64,000 nucleotides of DNA from Candidatus Entotheonellaceae bacterium (GCA_965238075.1 OZ250173.1:2176001-2240000); one strand, 5' to 3'. Positions 1-10,459 are shown, numbered from the stretch's first letter. The notes: generated by a model not told the origin, from the letters alone. Made by a program: numbers and translations.

Positions 1-2260
1 CCGTTTCCGAGCGAATGACCCGGCCCGCTGACTGCACCACGCGGTTCATGCCTGGGTAGAGATAGGCATAGGCAAAGCCCTGCGTGTACTTCTCCTCGTA
101 GTAGGCGCGAATGAGCTCCTGTTCGCCGTCGACGCGCGGCAGGCCGGGTCCCACCACGATGACGCCCGACAGCATAGCGCCCGGATAATCAACGCCCTCC
201 GCGAAAATCCCGCCCTGTACGCCCATCAGCAAGACCGGCTCGGTGTCGGGCTGCCGCAATCGCTGCAACACCCGTTCGCGGTCCGCCTCCGACATCGTTC
301 GCGCCTGCTCGATCACCCGGTGGGCCGGCACCTGCCGCATGAAGGCGCGCACCATGCGCAGGTATGCGAAGCTGGGAAAGAACACGCCGTAATTGCCGGG
401 CCGCTGGGCCACGACGGTCTCGATAATGTGCGCCGCTTGCGGCGCGTCCCGCTGCCGCTCGCGGTACGTGGTGGCGATGTCCGGCACGACCAGAATCTGC
501 CGGTTGCGTTCGGGAAACGGCGACGGAAACTCCGCCGTCGTGCTGCGCTCGGGCGGCATGCCCAGCACGTCTTGGTAAAACGGAAACGGCGTCAGGGTGG
601 CCGACATGGCGATGACGCTGTGGAACCCGCGCAGCCGATCGTGCAGGAAGCGTGACGCATCCTTGCACAGGATTTTGAACGCCGCGCCCTCGGGATGATG
701 CTGGTAGAGGTAGGAAAACTCGTCGCCCTCCAGCGCCAGCACGTCGCAGAAGCGCTGGAACAGGTAGTAGAACTCCTGCACCGGGTCGCCGTCCTCAGCG
801 GCCGGCCCGGCCCGGCGGCGGTAGATGGCGTAATCCACCATCAGCCCTTCGAGTTGCCGCCGCAACTCGGCGAAGCGCTCCACGGGCGGCTCGACCCGGA
901 GCAGCGTCGCCCCTTCGGCAGCGTCCTCGGAGCTGAGCGGCAACAGCGTGATCAGGTTGTCCAGGTCCTGGAAGAACGCTTCGAAGTCGCGGAACAGGCG
1001 CGTCGGCTGGCTGGCGCAGTGGGTCAGCAGGTGACGCAGGGCCTGCTGGCGCAGTATCGGGGAGTAATAGTCGCGCCCGCGGCTGTACAGGTTGTGGGCT
1101 TCGTCGATGATGAGGACGCAATCGTCGTAAGGCGCGTCCTGAAAGAACCGCCGCAGGTGGGCGCCGGGGTCGAAGACGTAGTTGTAATCGCCGATGATGA
1201 CGTCCGCCTCCATGGCGGCGTCCAAGGATAGCTCAAAGGGGCAGACGCGATGCCGGAAGGCCGCCGCGGCACACGCCGCCGGGCCGATCAACGGTAGTTC
1301 GAGAAGCGAGTCCACGATCCCGGAGCGTTCCAGCTTGCCGGCGTAATCGTGCGCAAACTCGCACACGCTCTCGTGGCAATAGAACACCTCGTTGACGCAG
1401 CTCTTGGCCTTGGCCCGCAGGTGCACGGCGGTAAACGCGCCGCCGTCGGCGGCAAACCGTTGCAGCGTATCGGCGGCGAGGGTTTGCTGGGTGGTCTTGG
1501 CAGTGACGAAAAACACCCGCAGGCCGTCGCGCAGGGCGTGCTGCAAGGCCGGGTAGAGGACTGCCACGGTCTTGCCGATACCCGTCGGTGCCGCGATGAG
1601 CGTGCATTCATGGTCGCGGATGGTCTTGTCCACGTGCTCGATCATCGCCGTCTGATAAGGACGTACCGTGTCGAAGGGAAACCGCAGCGCTTCCGGGTTG
1701 CGCTTGGCTGCCCGGGCGATGCGAGCCTCGTAGCGCGCCAGAATGCGCCGCACCGGCTCGACGATCAGTGTCTCGTCGTCCCCGGCTTCCACAACCAGCA
1801 CGGTGCAGGCGTTGTCCGTCAGATTGATCAGCACTAAGTGGCCGCGCACCGGCCCGTCGTGCTGCCGATGCAGCAGCGCGATATAGAGGGCAAGTTGGCG
1901 CTCGTAGGTGGGATAATGCCCCAAAGCGATGGCGTCGAATTGCTCCTGCGGCACCAGCAGGCTCTTGATTTCTTCCACCACCAGGGCGTCGTCGGCCTCA
2001 TAAAGCCCGTCGAGGCGTCCGTGCACGTGCACCGTGTAGTCGTCCACCTGCAGTTGCTGCCGGAGGGTGACCTCGGCCTGATAGGCGGGCAGGCGGGATT
2101 GCTGCGCCGCCTGGTAGCGGGCATGCAGGTCGCGGCCCATGGCCGCCCGGCTGCGCAGCCGCGGTACGAGCTGCACGCTGCCGGGGAAGATCATCCCCGC
2201 GAGCAGGTCGCCGATACTCAGCCACAGGGTGCGGGATGGGTGGTCAAATCGAATCGTCAT
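1..2260 (-). CDS. PD-(D/E)XK (Cas4-like) nuclease fused to Rad3/XPD/DinG-family Fe-S DNA helicase; 3' end runs off the window
   Basis: Not in the ORF track; translated by hand from the ATG at 2260. N-terminus MTIRFDHPSRTLWLSIGDLL...HGRLDGLY...VVEEIKS...QLALY (nuclease). Then FPFDTVRPYQ (Q motif), APTGIGKT (Walker A), a Cys cluster with CPFELSL, GDYNYVFDP, IIDEAHNL, MSATL, FFPSF and GGIFAEGVDY. Confidence 0.88.
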   Translation of the reverse strand, partial: MTIRFDHPSRTLWLSIGDLLAGMIFPGSVQLVPRLRSRAAMGRDLHARYQAAQQSRLPAYQAEVTLRQQLQVDDYTVHVHGRLDGLYEADDALVVEEIKSLLVPQEQFDAIALGHYPTYERQLALYIALLHRQHDGPVRGHLVLINLTDNACTVLVVEAGDDETLIVEPVRRILARYEARIARAAKRNPEALRFPFDTVRPYQTAMIEHVDKTIRDHECTLIAAPTGIGKTVAVLYPALQHALRDGLRVFFVTAKTTQQTLAADTLQRFAADGGAFTAVHLRAKAKSCVNEVFYCHESVCEFAHDYAGKLERSGIVDSLLELPLIGPAACAAAAFRHRVCPFELSLDAAMEADVIIGDYNYVFDPGAHLRRFFQDAPYDDCVLIIDEAHNLYSRGRDYYSPILRQQALRHLLTHCASQPTRLFRDFEAFFQDLDNLITLLPLSSEDAAEGATLLRVEPPVERFAELRRQLEGLMVDYAIYRRRAGPAAEDGDPVQEFYYLFQRFCDVLALEGDEFSYLYQHHPEGAAFKILCKDASRFLHDRLRGFHSVIAMSATLTPFPFYQDVLGMPPERSTTAEFPSPFPERNRQILVVPDIATTYRERQRDAPQAAHIIETVVAQRPGNYGVFFPSFAYLRMVRAFMRQVPAHRVIEQARTMSEADRERVLQRLRQPDTEPVLLMGVQGGIFAEGVDYPGAMLSGVIVVGPGLPRVDGEQELIRAYYEEKYTQGFAYAYLYPGMNRVVQSAGRVIRSET

Positions 2261-2272
2261 GCGGCTTCCGGG

Positions 2273-3146
2273 TCATACCGTACGGGGTAGTATATGGCGC
2301 TCGGGAGAGCGCCGTATGGTTAGACGCCTCAAAAGCCGATTATGCACCCCGTCGAAGGGGTCGCGTCGGTGTAAGAGAAAGCCATTGTCCCACATTACCA
2401 CGTCGCCAATCTGCCACGTATGCCGGTAGACGAACGCAGCCTGTGTGGCATGGGCCGTAAGGTCATCGAGTAGCTGTGGCCATCGCCATCGGACTTGCCG
2501 ACAATGCCGGAGGTCGTACTGGGGTCGAGATAGATCGATTTTTCGCCTGTGTGAGGATGGACATTCACAATGGGATGGACGACGTCGGGCGTTTGGCGCT
2601 TGACCGCGGCGGGAAGCGGTTTTTCCTCATGGTATCCGGCTTGGCGCTTGGCATAACTGAACACCGCGCAGGTTCCGTCGAGTTGCCGCTTCATGTCGGG
2701 TGGCAAGGCGTCATACGCCAGGCGCAAATTGGCCCAATACGTCTGCCCGCCTGCGGGCGGCATTTCCACCATGTAGGGCAGCGCCCCGGTGGCCGGCTGC
2801 GCCATATGTAAGACTGATCAGAGTGCCATGCCAAGTCGTTTGAGCCCAATCCGCCAATCCGCTCGCCCGCTTCGTTGCGCATGTTCGAAATACGGATCAC
2901 TTCAGGACGCTTCTCCGACCGCCAATCTTGCCGGACGACCGTCTCCAAGACACCAAAACGGCTGGCGAAGGCGATGAGTTCGTCCTCTGAAAGGGCCTGC
3001 CGTCGGAAGATCAAAACGCCGCACGTACGCCATATCTCTTCGAGCAGGTCCACGGTTGTCTGATCGACGTCAGCCCATAAGGCAATATCGCGTACTTCCT
3101 TGACAAAACTGCAACCCGTCGCCTGAACGGTGAGATTCATGGTCAT
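2273..3146 (-). pseudogene. TauD/TfdA-family alpha-ketoglutarate dioxygenase, two frameshifts
   Basis: GVLIFRRQ and WHSDQSY in ORF 2691..3146. GGQTYWANLRLAYDALP and HPIVNVHPHTGEKSIY in ORF 2395..2805. YRHTWQIGDVVMWDNGFLLHRR in a third frame. Shifts near 2806 and 2475. Confidence 0.85.
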
Positions 3147-3183
3147 TCCTCCCTGTAGCGGGTTTCAATCCGCTTGCGGCCTT

Positions 3184-4098
3184 TTACCCTGTCGAGCGCA
3201 GACGGGGGTCGAGGGTATCGCGCACGGCATCTCCAAAGAGATTGAAGGCAAAGACCGAGACGGTAATCGCCAAGCCGGGGAAAATAGCCATCCAAGGCGC
3301 GCTCTCGGCATACTCCTCAGCGCCGCCCTGAAGCATCAGCCCCCAGGCCGGCGTGGGTTCTTGAACCCCAAGTCCCAGGTATGAAAGCGAGGCTTCCAGC
3401 AGGATCGCCTGTCCCAGGAACGCCGTCAGCATGATCAGGTAAGGCGCCATGACATTCGGCGTCATATGGCACAGCATGATGCGGGCGTGGCTGAAACCGC
3501 ACGCCCGTGCGGCATCAATGTAGGGCAGTTCACGCACGGCGAGAGCGCTGGAACGTACCACCCGAGCACAACGTGGAATAAAGGGCACAGTGATCGCCAC
3601 GACGACATTGTGGGTGTCGGTGCCAAAGATTGACACGATGGCGAGCGCCATGATGATCAGCGGGAAAGCCATGAAGATGTCCATCAGGCGCTGAAAAAAG
3701 AGGTCGAAACGGCCGCCGAAATACGCACTGGCCACGCCCAACATCAACCCAAGGGAGGCCCCGATAAACGAAGCGACCAGCCCAACGAGCATGGCGGTGC
3801 GAGCCCCATAGACCAGCCTCGACAATACATCGCGGCCAAACTGATCCGTACCAAACCAGTGGGCCGTGCTGGGCGGAACATGCATACGGTCGAAGGCGTT
3901 GCGGACGGGATCGTAGGGGGCGATCACCGGTGCCAGCAGGGCCACCAGGAGCATGCCCAGCACGATGACCGCTCCGGCCGCCCCGAGGGGCTTCTGGCGT
4001 ACCCAGGACAGGGTGGCGCGTCCCAGCCTAACGCCTGTCAAAGCGCCTGACGTTGCTTCACGGGCAACCTGAACAGGGGGCTCCGAAGCGGTCATCAA
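3184..4098 (-). CDS. Peptide/nickel ABC transporter permease (DppC/OppC-like)
   Basis: HWFGTDQFGRDVLSRLVYGART, EAA-like loop YIDAARACG, EASLSYLGLG, FNLFGDAVRDTLDPR. Confidence 0.93.
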   Translation of the reverse strand: MMTASEPPVQVAREATSGALTGVRLGRATLSWVRQKPLGAAGAVIVLGMLLVALLAPVIAPYDPVRNAFDRMHVPPSTAHWFGTDQFGRDVLSRLVYGARTAMLVGLVASFIGASLGLMLGVASAYFGGRFDLFFQRLMDIFMAFPLIIMALAIVSIFGTDTHNVVVAITVPFIPRCARVVRSSALAVRELPYIDAARACGFSHARIMLCHMTPNVMAPYLIMLTAFLGQAILLEASLSYLGLGVQEPTPAWGLMLQGGAEEYAESAPWMAIFPGLAITVSVFAFNLFGDAVRDTLDPRLRSTG

Positions 4099-4105
4099 GC
4101 CTCTC

Positions 4106-5077
4106 CTAACGGTAACGAATGCGTGGATCGATCCAGACGTAAATCAGATCAATGACAAAATTGGTCATGATAAATACGAGGGCCACGAGCATGACCAACG
4201 ACTGTGTTAGCGTGTAATCATGATTTCCCACCGATTCAACGAAAAGCTTGCCAAGACCGTTCAAATTGAATACTTGCTCGGTGACGACCAGCCCGCCGAT
4301 CAGGAAGGCAAATTCGATCCCGATAACCGTGACGACAGGCAGCAAGGCATTTTTCAGGGCGTGCCGATTGATGATCAAGTGCTCCACCAATCCCTTGGCG
4401 CGTGCCGTGCGTATGTAGTCCTCCTGCAGAACTTCCAGCAAAGCGGAGCGGGTCATGCGCGCCGCCACGGCGGAATACCGATAGCCGGTGGCCAAAGCCG
4501 GCCACACCAGTTGCGACAGGTTGGCAACCGGGTCCACCCAGATCGGCGTGTACTGGATAGGCGGCATCCAAGGCGTGCCCCAGAGCGCCTGCGTACCGAT
4601 CAGGAGCGCCAGAATAATCAGGATGCCCAGCCAAAAGGAAGGCATGGCCAGGCCGGCAATGCTGAAGGCGCGTACCCCATAGTCGATCCACGTGTCCTGG
4701 TTAATGGCCGATAGGGTTCCGAGTGGAATCGCCAGGAGAATGGCCGTCATCGTGGCCATGATGGCCACTTGCAGCGAGAGTTGAAAACGCAAACCTATTT
4801 CGTAGACGATCGGCCGCCCGGTCCACATGGAAACGCCAAAATCACCGCGTACCATGCCCCATATCCAGTCGAGAAATTGCCTTGGCAGCGACTTGGTCAG
4901 CCCGGCCTGCTCACGGCAGAGCTGGATGGCCTTCTCATCAGCGTAGGCCCCTTCACCAGCGAGCCTGAGTTCGCAAACGTCGCCTGGAATGAGACGCATC
5001 AGCAGGAAGACGAACACGGCCGCCCCCAACAAGGTGGGAATCATCAAGAGCAGCCGCTTGCCAATATACCTCGTCAT
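4106..5077 (-). CDS. Peptide/nickel ABC transporter permease (DppB/OppB-like)
   Basis: MTRYIGKRLL start, GDFGVS, EDYIRTARAKGL, TEQVFNLNGLG, DLIYVWIDPRIRY. Confidence 0.93.
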   Translation of the reverse strand: MTRYIGKRLLLMIPTLLGAAVFVFLLMRLIPGDVCELRLAGEGAYADEKAIQLCREQAGLTKSLPRQFLDWIWGMVRGDFGVSMWTGRPIVYEIGLRFQLSLQVAIMATMTAILLAIPLGTLSAINQDTWIDYGVRAFSIAGLAMPSFWLGILIILALLIGTQALWGTPWMPPIQYTPIWVDPVANLSQLVWPALATGYRYSAVAARMTRSALLEVLQEDYIRTARAKGLVEHLIINRHALKNALLPVVTVIGIEFAFLIGGLVVTEQVFNLNGLGKLFVESVGNHDYTLTQSLVMLVALVFIMTNFVIDLIYVWIDPRIRYR

Positions 5078-5110
5078 GCGCGTGCACCCTGCGCTGATCA
5101 TGCCGGCACG

Positions 5111-6730
5111 CTATGGCGCCAGCCATACCGTAGACAGATCCTGATTCAAGTAGTGGCTCGGGCCAATTGTCCACCCGCGCACGTTCGAGCGATGGGGAAT
5201 GATACGGTACCACCACAAGGTCACCAGCATGTGGGCCTGCTCATCAAGGGCGCGCTTTTCAAAACGCCGCATGAGCCGTCGCTGCTCGGCCGCGTCCGGG
5301 GTACGGTTCATCCGGTCAAACAGATCGTCGAGCACCCGGTCCTGGTAATTGGCGTAGTTATTCCCCGAGCGGTCATTGGAGACAAACTTCGACACGTCGA
5401 GCAGAGGATTGACGACCGCCTGACAGTTAAAGTCGATACTGACGGCAAAGCGCTTGCTCTGACTTCGCAGGATTTGAAAAAAAGGCCCGGTTGGCTGTAC
5501 CCACTGCTCGGCATTAAGGCCAATATGGCGCCATTGATCGATCAACCAGGTGCCGATGATCTTGTACGGCTGATCCACGCCGCGATTATGCAATTTAAAC
5601 CTGAAACCCTCAGGCACCCCGGCCTGTTGCAACAGGCGGCGCGCCTCGGCCCGTGAGGCCTCGAGGTCCGGCCAGTACCCCGCGATGTCCTGCAGTTCGT
5701 CCGCCGTTGCAGCGAGGGGATGACCTGGAAAGACCACCCCACCCACTGTTTTGACCACGGCAATCTTCGACAGGTACATCGAGCCCCCCCAACGGTCGAT
5801 CGCCAGCGACAGCGCCCGGCGCACGCGCGGGTCGTCAAAAGGTGGCACGAGATGGTTCGGGGTCACCAGGAGGACACAATTCCAGTCAGACTCTTGCACG
5901 GTGATGGCCTCTCCCAGAGCCCGCACCAAGTCCTGGCGGCTTTTTGGAGGAAAGCCGCGAAATTCGATCATGGCCCGGCCCCCACGGATCGCCTGCACAC
6001 GCAACGACTGCTTTTTGGCAAAAATGGCCCGGAAGCCGTCAAGATAGGGTTGGCCCGCATGATGATAGTTCGGATGACGCCTGCCGGTAATAAAGGCGCC
6101 GGGCTGGTGCTCGGTGAAGATAAACGGCCCGGACCCCAGCACCTGGTGCTCGTACCAGTGCATATCCTGCGCCAGTTGCTTGGCGCTGTAGATAAAGTTG
6201 AACGGGCTTGCCAGAGCCGGGATGAATGCCGCTGAAGGGTGGTGCAATTTGAAGACCACGGTGAACTCATCGCTGGCATAAAAGGTGTCCACCATACTGA
6301 AAAAGGCCCGGCGCGCACTGGCCACATCGGCGGGTGGAAAGATGATCTTGTTGAACGTGGCCACGACGTCGTCTGCAGTCACCCTTTGTCCATCCGCGAA
6401 GGTGGCGTTTTGGCGCAGCTTAAACGTATAGGTGGTGCCGTTATCCGTGGGTTCGGGCACCTCGAGGGCCAGATCGCCTACAAAATCGGTTGGAGACCCC
6501 GGATTATCCGGATTGACCCGAATCAGCACGCTGTAGAAGGGGGCAATCGGGTGAATCAAGGCAAAGGTGGTCTCACGATGGCCATCGAAGCTGGGGGGCT
6601 CCGCCGGCACGACATAGGTCAGAATGCCACCGTATGTCGGCGTTTCAGCAAGCGCCGGGCAGCAAGCCACGCCTATCAACAGACCCATCACGACCCACAC
6701 CAGCCCTAACCGTCGTTGGATGCGTTGCAT
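5111..6730 (-). CDS. ABC transporter substrate-binding protein, family 5
   Basis: Signal peptide from MQRIQRRLGLVW, then GDLALE...TYTFKLRQNATFADG, GSGPF, PFDDPRVRRALSLAIDR. Confidence 0.92.
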   Translation of the reverse strand: MQRIQRRLGLVWVVMGLLIGVACCPALAETPTYGGILTYVVPAEPPSFDGHRETTFALIHPIAPFYSVLIRVNPDNPGSPTDFVGDLALEVPEPTDNGTTYTFKLRQNATFADGQRVTADDVVATFNKIIFPPADVASARRAFFSMVDTFYASDEFTVVFKLHHPSAAFIPALASPFNFIYSAKQLAQDMHWYEHQVLGSGPFIFTEHQPGAFITGRRHPNYHHAGQPYLDGFRAIFAKKQSLRVQAIRGGRAMIEFRGFPPKSRQDLVRALGEAITVQESDWNCVLLVTPNHLVPPFDDPRVRRALSLAIDRWGGSMYLSKIAVVKTVGGVVFPGHPLAATADELQDIAGYWPDLEASRAEARRLLQQAGVPEGFRFKLHNRGVDQPYKIIGTWLIDQWRHIGLNAEQWVQPTGPFFQILRSQSKRFAVSIDFNCQAVVNPLLDVSKFVSNDRSGNNYANYQDRVLDDLFDRMNRTPDAAEQRRLMRRFEKRALDEQAHMLVTLWWYRIIPHRSNVRGWTIGPSHYLNQDLSTVWLAP

Positions 6731-6782
6731 GGCACTCGTTCTCCTTATTGGCTCCTGATCGGGGTCGGGCAGGTCGCCCGGT

Positions 6783-7805
6783 TTAGATCTCTGTGCACGC
6801 CACCCAATGTCCGGGCGCCGTCTCTCGCAAGGCCGGCGCCTGACGACGGCAGCTGGCAACGGCCATAGGACAACGCGGATGAAAGACACAACCACTTGGG
6901 GGATTGAGCGGGCTTGGCACCTCCCCGGTGAGGATCACGCGCTGGCGACTGTCCTCGACCTGCGGGTCTGGAACCGGCACAGCGGAAAGCAGGGCCTGGG
7001 TGTAGGGATGTTCAGGATGCTCAAAAAGCGTGTCACAGGTGGCCATCTCGACAATCTTGCCCAGGTACATGACCGCCACCCGATGGCACAGATGACGTAC
7101 GACGCTCAAATCATGCGCAATGAAAAGATACGTGAGATGAAAGGCGTCGCGCAGCTCTTCGAGCAGATTGATGATCTGCGCCTGAATGGACACGTCGAGC
7201 GCCGAAACGGGCTCATCGCAGATCAACAAGGCTGGTTGCGTCGACAGGGCCCGCGCAATGCCGACCCGCTGGCGTTGCCCGCCGCTCATCTCGTGTGGAT
7301 AACGTTGGGCCATCTCCGGGCTCAGGCCACAACGACTCAGGAGTTCGTTGACACGTTCCCACCGCCGCCGTCTATCGGGCTCAACGCCGTGTACCTTCAT
7401 GGGTTCCGCAATGATCGCGCCGATCTTCTGACGTGGATTGAGAGCGCTGTAGGGGTCTTGAAAGATCACCTGAATTTTTTGCCGCAGCGGCCGCAACTCC
7501 TGCTCATTGAGTTCAACGAGGTTCGTCCCCTCAAAGCGTATCTGTCCGGCGGTAGGGCGATCGAGCTGCAAGATGCAGCGCCCCAGGGTGGTTTTGCCAC
7601 ACCCGGACTCGCCAACCAGGCCAAGCGTTTCCCCCTGGCTGAGGCGGAAACTCACGTCATCAACCGCCTTGACATGCGCCACCCTCTTCTGGAAGAACAT
7701 GCCTTGGGGGATGGGGAAATACTTTTTGACACCCACCACGTCGAGCAGGCACGCCTCCGTAGCCCTGCCTTCTGCCGCAGGGGTATTCTCAGTCAGCGCT
7801 GTCAT
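6783..7805 (-). CDS. Peptide ABC transporter ATP-binding protein (DppF/OppF-like)
   Basis: GESGCGKTT, YPHEMSGGQRQR, DEPVSALDVSIQAQ, HPYTQALL, GCVFHPRCP. Confidence 0.95.
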   Translation of the reverse strand: MTALTENTPAAEGRATEACLLDVVGVKKYFPIPQGMFFQKRVAHVKAVDDVSFRLSQGETLGLVGESGCGKTTLGRCILQLDRPTAGQIRFEGTNLVELNEQELRPLRQKIQVIFQDPYSALNPRQKIGAIIAEPMKVHGVEPDRRRRWERVNELLSRCGLSPEMAQRYPHEMSGGQRQRVGIARALSTQPALLICDEPVSALDVSIQAQIINLLEELRDAFHLTYLFIAHDLSVVRHLCHRVAVMYLGKIVEMATCDTLFEHPEHPYTQALLSAVPVPDPQVEDSRQRVILTGEVPSPLNPPSGCVFHPRCPMAVASCRRQAPALRETAPGHWVACTEI

Positions 7806-8800
7806 CAGGCCACCCCCTGGGGCTCACCAAGCTGGTTCTGTTGCCAACACGCCGAGCCATGGCCGTTTTCCAGATGCACCAGGTGGGGCACCTCAAGGGC
7901 GCAGCGTTCCACTTTGAAGCCGCAGCGCGGCATAAAGGCGCAGCCGTTTGGCAGCCGCATCAGGTCGGGTGGCTGCCCTGGAATCGACTCCAGCTGGCGT
8001 CGGCGAGGCTGATCCAGACGGGGAACCGACCGCAATAACCCCAAGGTATAGGGGTGGCGCGGATGCCGGTAGACATCGCGGGCCTTACCCTGCTCGATGA
8101 TTTTGCCGGCGTACATGACATTGACCCGATCGGCGTAACGCGCCACCACCCCCAGGTTGTGCGTAATCAGGATCAAAGCCACCCCGAGGCGCTGGCTCAG
8201 ACCTTTCATCAACTCCAGGATCTGGGCCTGAATCGTGACATCGAGTGCCGTGGTAGGCTCATCCGCAATGATCAACGTCGGTTCACAGCACAGCGCCATG
8301 GCAATCATGACGCGCTGACGCATACCGCCGCTGAGGTGGTGCGGATACTGCTTGAGACGCTGCTCGGGCTCGGGAATCCCCACCATCTGCAAGTACGCCA
8401 CGGCTCTTTTGGCGCTCTCTGCGCGACTGATGGCCAAATGCTGCACCATGGTTTCCGTTAACTGCAAGCCAATGGTCAGCACGGGGTTGAGCGAGGTCAT
8501 GGGCTCCTGGAACACCATGGCGATTTGACGACCGCGTACCGCACGCATGTCTTCGTTGCCCAGTGCCAGCAGATCTTGACCCAGAAAGCGAATCGCACCA
8601 GACACAATGCGCCCAGACGGAACCGGAAGCAGCCTGAGGATCGACAGCGCACTCACAGACTTGCCGCACCCCGATTCGCCAACAATCGCCACCGTTTCCC
8701 CCTGTTCCACGTCATACGACATGCCATCGACGGCATGGACGGTGCCCGAAGGGGTGTGGAATTGGGTTCTGAGGTCTTGGACTTCCAGCAGTTTCGCCAT
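7805..8800 (-). CDS. Peptide ABC transporter ATP-binding protein (DppD/OppD-like)
   Basis: GESGCGKSV, YPHHLSGGMRQR, DEPTTALDVTIQAQ. Confidence 0.95.
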   Translation of the reverse strand: MAKLLEVQDLRTQFHTPSGTVHAVDGMSYDVEQGETVAIVGESGCGKSVSALSILRLLPVPSGRIVSGAIRFLGQDLLALGNEDMRAVRGRQIAMVFQEPMTSLNPVLTIGLQLTETMVQHLAISRAESAKRAVAYLQMVGIPEPEQRLKQYPHHLSGGMRQRVMIAMALCCEPTLIIADEPTTALDVTIQAQILELMKGLSQRLGVALILITHNLGVVARYADRVNVMYAGKIIEQGKARDVYRHPRHPYTLGLLRSVPRLDQPRRRQLESIPGQPPDLMRLPNGCAFMPRCGFKVERCALEVPHLVHLENGHGSACWQQNQLGEPQGVA

Positions 8801-8807
8801 GCGCCGG

Positions 8808-8813
8808 ATTATA
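8808..8813 (-). promoter_or_regulatory. Consensus -10 box (TATAAT) 7 nt upstream of the ATG; likely leaderless transcript of the ABC operon
   Basis: Minus strand reads TATAAT-ccggcgc-ATG with no Shine-Dalgarno. Confidence 0.5.
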
Positions 8814-8945
8814 CGTCATGTGAAGGGATGAAATGGGAGTCGATGCCGACCCAGTGCAGTTCGTCGCCGGCAACGCTCTCAACTTGCCCGGTTCCTTGCC
8901 TCGTGCCGTCCTACGATTCTTACGACGCTAACTTGCACAGCGCCA

Positions 8946-9236
8946 TCATGGACTGGGTTCTCCAGGCAATTGCGCGCCATGCCAGACGGCGATGACCCAT
9001 ACCGTTTGGTCTTGGATACGGTAGAAAAATCGGTACGGTGTGACGATGATCTCTCGATAGGCGAGTTCTGGAAACTCCGGAATTTCCCGACCTGATGCAG
9101 GAAATTGCTCAAGTCGCCGTAGAATGGCCTCTGTCCGCTGTCGAAACCGCACCGCTGCTGCGGGATTATCTCGTCGAATGTAAGCCAGCGCTGCCAGAAA
9201 TTGTTGTCGTCCTGTAGCCGTGAAGCGGACTCTCAC
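8946..9236 (-). CDS. RelE/ParE-family toxin
   Basis: YIRRDNPAAA...LEQFPASGR...YREIIVTPYRFFYR...VIAVWHGAQ; overlaps the antitoxin stop. Confidence 0.88.
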   Translation of the reverse strand: MRVRFTATGRQQFLAALAYIRRDNPAAAVRFRQRTEAILRRLEQFPASGREIPEFPELAYREIIVTPYRFFYRIQDQTVWVIAVWHGAQLPGEPSP

Positions 9237-9514
9237 TCCGGGTCCTCAGCGAGCAGGTCGTCGGCTTCAGCCAGCACCTCATCGAGGTCATAACCAACGC
9301 CGGTGGCGATTTCCTGCTCGCCTCGCACGAGAAGGCTTAACAAGTCCTGGGTATGGGCCAGGCGTTCGTATGCTTCCACGCTCAACATGATCGCTGCCGC
9401 GCGGCCCCGCTGGGTGATGACGAGCGGTTGTTGGGAGGCCTGGACGCGTTTCAGGATCATTGCGGCGTCTCGACGCAGGTCGGATACGGGAATGATCTCG
9501 GGAACTTTAGACAT
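9233..9514 (-). CDS. Phd/YefM-family antitoxin
   Basis: IIPVSDLR...PLVITQRGRAAAIMLSVEAYE. Confidence 0.9.
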   Translation of the reverse strand: MSKVPEIIPVSDLRRDAAMILKRVQASQQPLVITQRGRAAAIMLSVEAYERLAHTQDLLSLLVRGEQEIATGVGYDLDEVLAEADDLLAEDPE

Positions 9515-9625
9515 GGGGAATTATCTCCAAGAGTACGTTTAACCATATCAATAAAGATACTGTTAGGAGATATTATCGCCAAGTGACAGATGGAGGCCAC
9601 TTGAAAAGTTCAATCGTATCTGCGA

Positions 9626-9814
9626 AGTAACCCCATGACCAATACCATGAGCTACAAAGGCTATTCGGCCGGGATTGAGTAGGACGACGATGACGGCATC
9701 TTCACCGGCAGGATCGCCGGCATTCGTGACGGCGTGGGCTTTCATGCGGATACGGTAGACGGTCTGCGAGAAGCTTTTTACGAGGCGGTGGAGGATTACA
9801 TCGAGACCTGCGCC
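9626..9814 (+). repeat. 189-bp direct repeat, copy 1 (5' part of hicB)
   Basis: Matches 14812-15000; I counted two substitutions. Confidence 0.95.
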
Positions 9815-10159
9815 GTCGATTCCGAGCGCGTCATCGGCCGTGTAGCCTTCCGCCGCTCGTGGCTCCGCAAGCAAGGTCTCACTGTCGATCAGTGCTGTGT
9901 CATCCACGTCGTTGGTGAATCAATGGAGCCGACGTTGCCCAACGGATGCTCGATTCTGGTCAATCGGGCGCAGCGCAGGCGCCGCCTCAACCGAATCTTC
10001 GTGGTCAGAACTCATGATGGGTTGCTCGTGAAGCGGGCGGGCAAGAACGAGGCCGGGGGATGGCTGTTGGTGAGCGATCATCCGGCCTGGGGGTCAGTAC
10101 CGTGGCCCGCCGATGCCGAGGTGATCGGCGAGGTGCGCTGGATGGCAAGGACGCTTTAG
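9635..10159 (+). pseudogene. Chimera: hicB 5' half (amber stop at codon 16) fused in frame to an S24/LexA-type peptidase C-terminal domain
   Basis: MTNTMSYKGYSAGIE*DDDDGIFTGRIAGIRDGVGFHADTV...ETCA joined to VDSERV...VVGESMEPTL...LLVKR...VIGEVRWMARTL. The S24 catalytic Ser and Lys motifs are present; there is no HTH. Confidence 0.8.
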
Positions 10160-10160
10160 G
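10035..10160 (+). repeat. S24 3'-tail repeat, copy 1
   Basis: ...tggctgttggtgagcgatcatccggcctggg...ggcgaggtgcgctggatggcaaggacgctttagg. Confidence 0.85.
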
Positions 10161-10169
10161 AGGATTCTG

Positions 10170-10430
10170 ATGAAACTGAGGCTTTTTTTTCCAATAGCCT
10201 TGGGTTTTGCCTTATTGGGTGCCGCGGGCATAACTGCTGGCACGACTGGCACGGACATACAACTGACAGGGTTCGAAAGATTGGTCGACACGGTATTGGT
10301 ATGGGTGCCTAGAATAGCCATGGGCCTGCTGCTGATTGCGGCTTTTTGGTGTTATTTCACTGGCCGCAGGAGGGAATTATTTTTCTCTCTTATAGGAATG
10401 ATTGTCTTCTGGGTGTACACATGGCTATAG
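10170..10430 (+). CDS. Small membrane protein (signal peptide plus two TM segments)
   Basis: AGGAGG RBS overlapping the S24 stop; hydrophobic segments. Confidence 0.6.
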   Translation: MKLRLFFPIALGFALLGAAGITAGTTGTDIQLTGFERLVDTVLVWVPRIAMGLLLIAAFWCYFTGRRRELFFSLIGMIVFWVYTWL

Positions 10431-10459
10431 GGGGCCGGTTGGGATTTTTCAAAGGTAAG

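Noticed and set aside
9680-9682. Amber recoding (pyrrolysine or alternative code) at the hicB TAG
   Set aside because: TAG serves as an ordinary stop in many genes here; duplication after mutation explains both copies.
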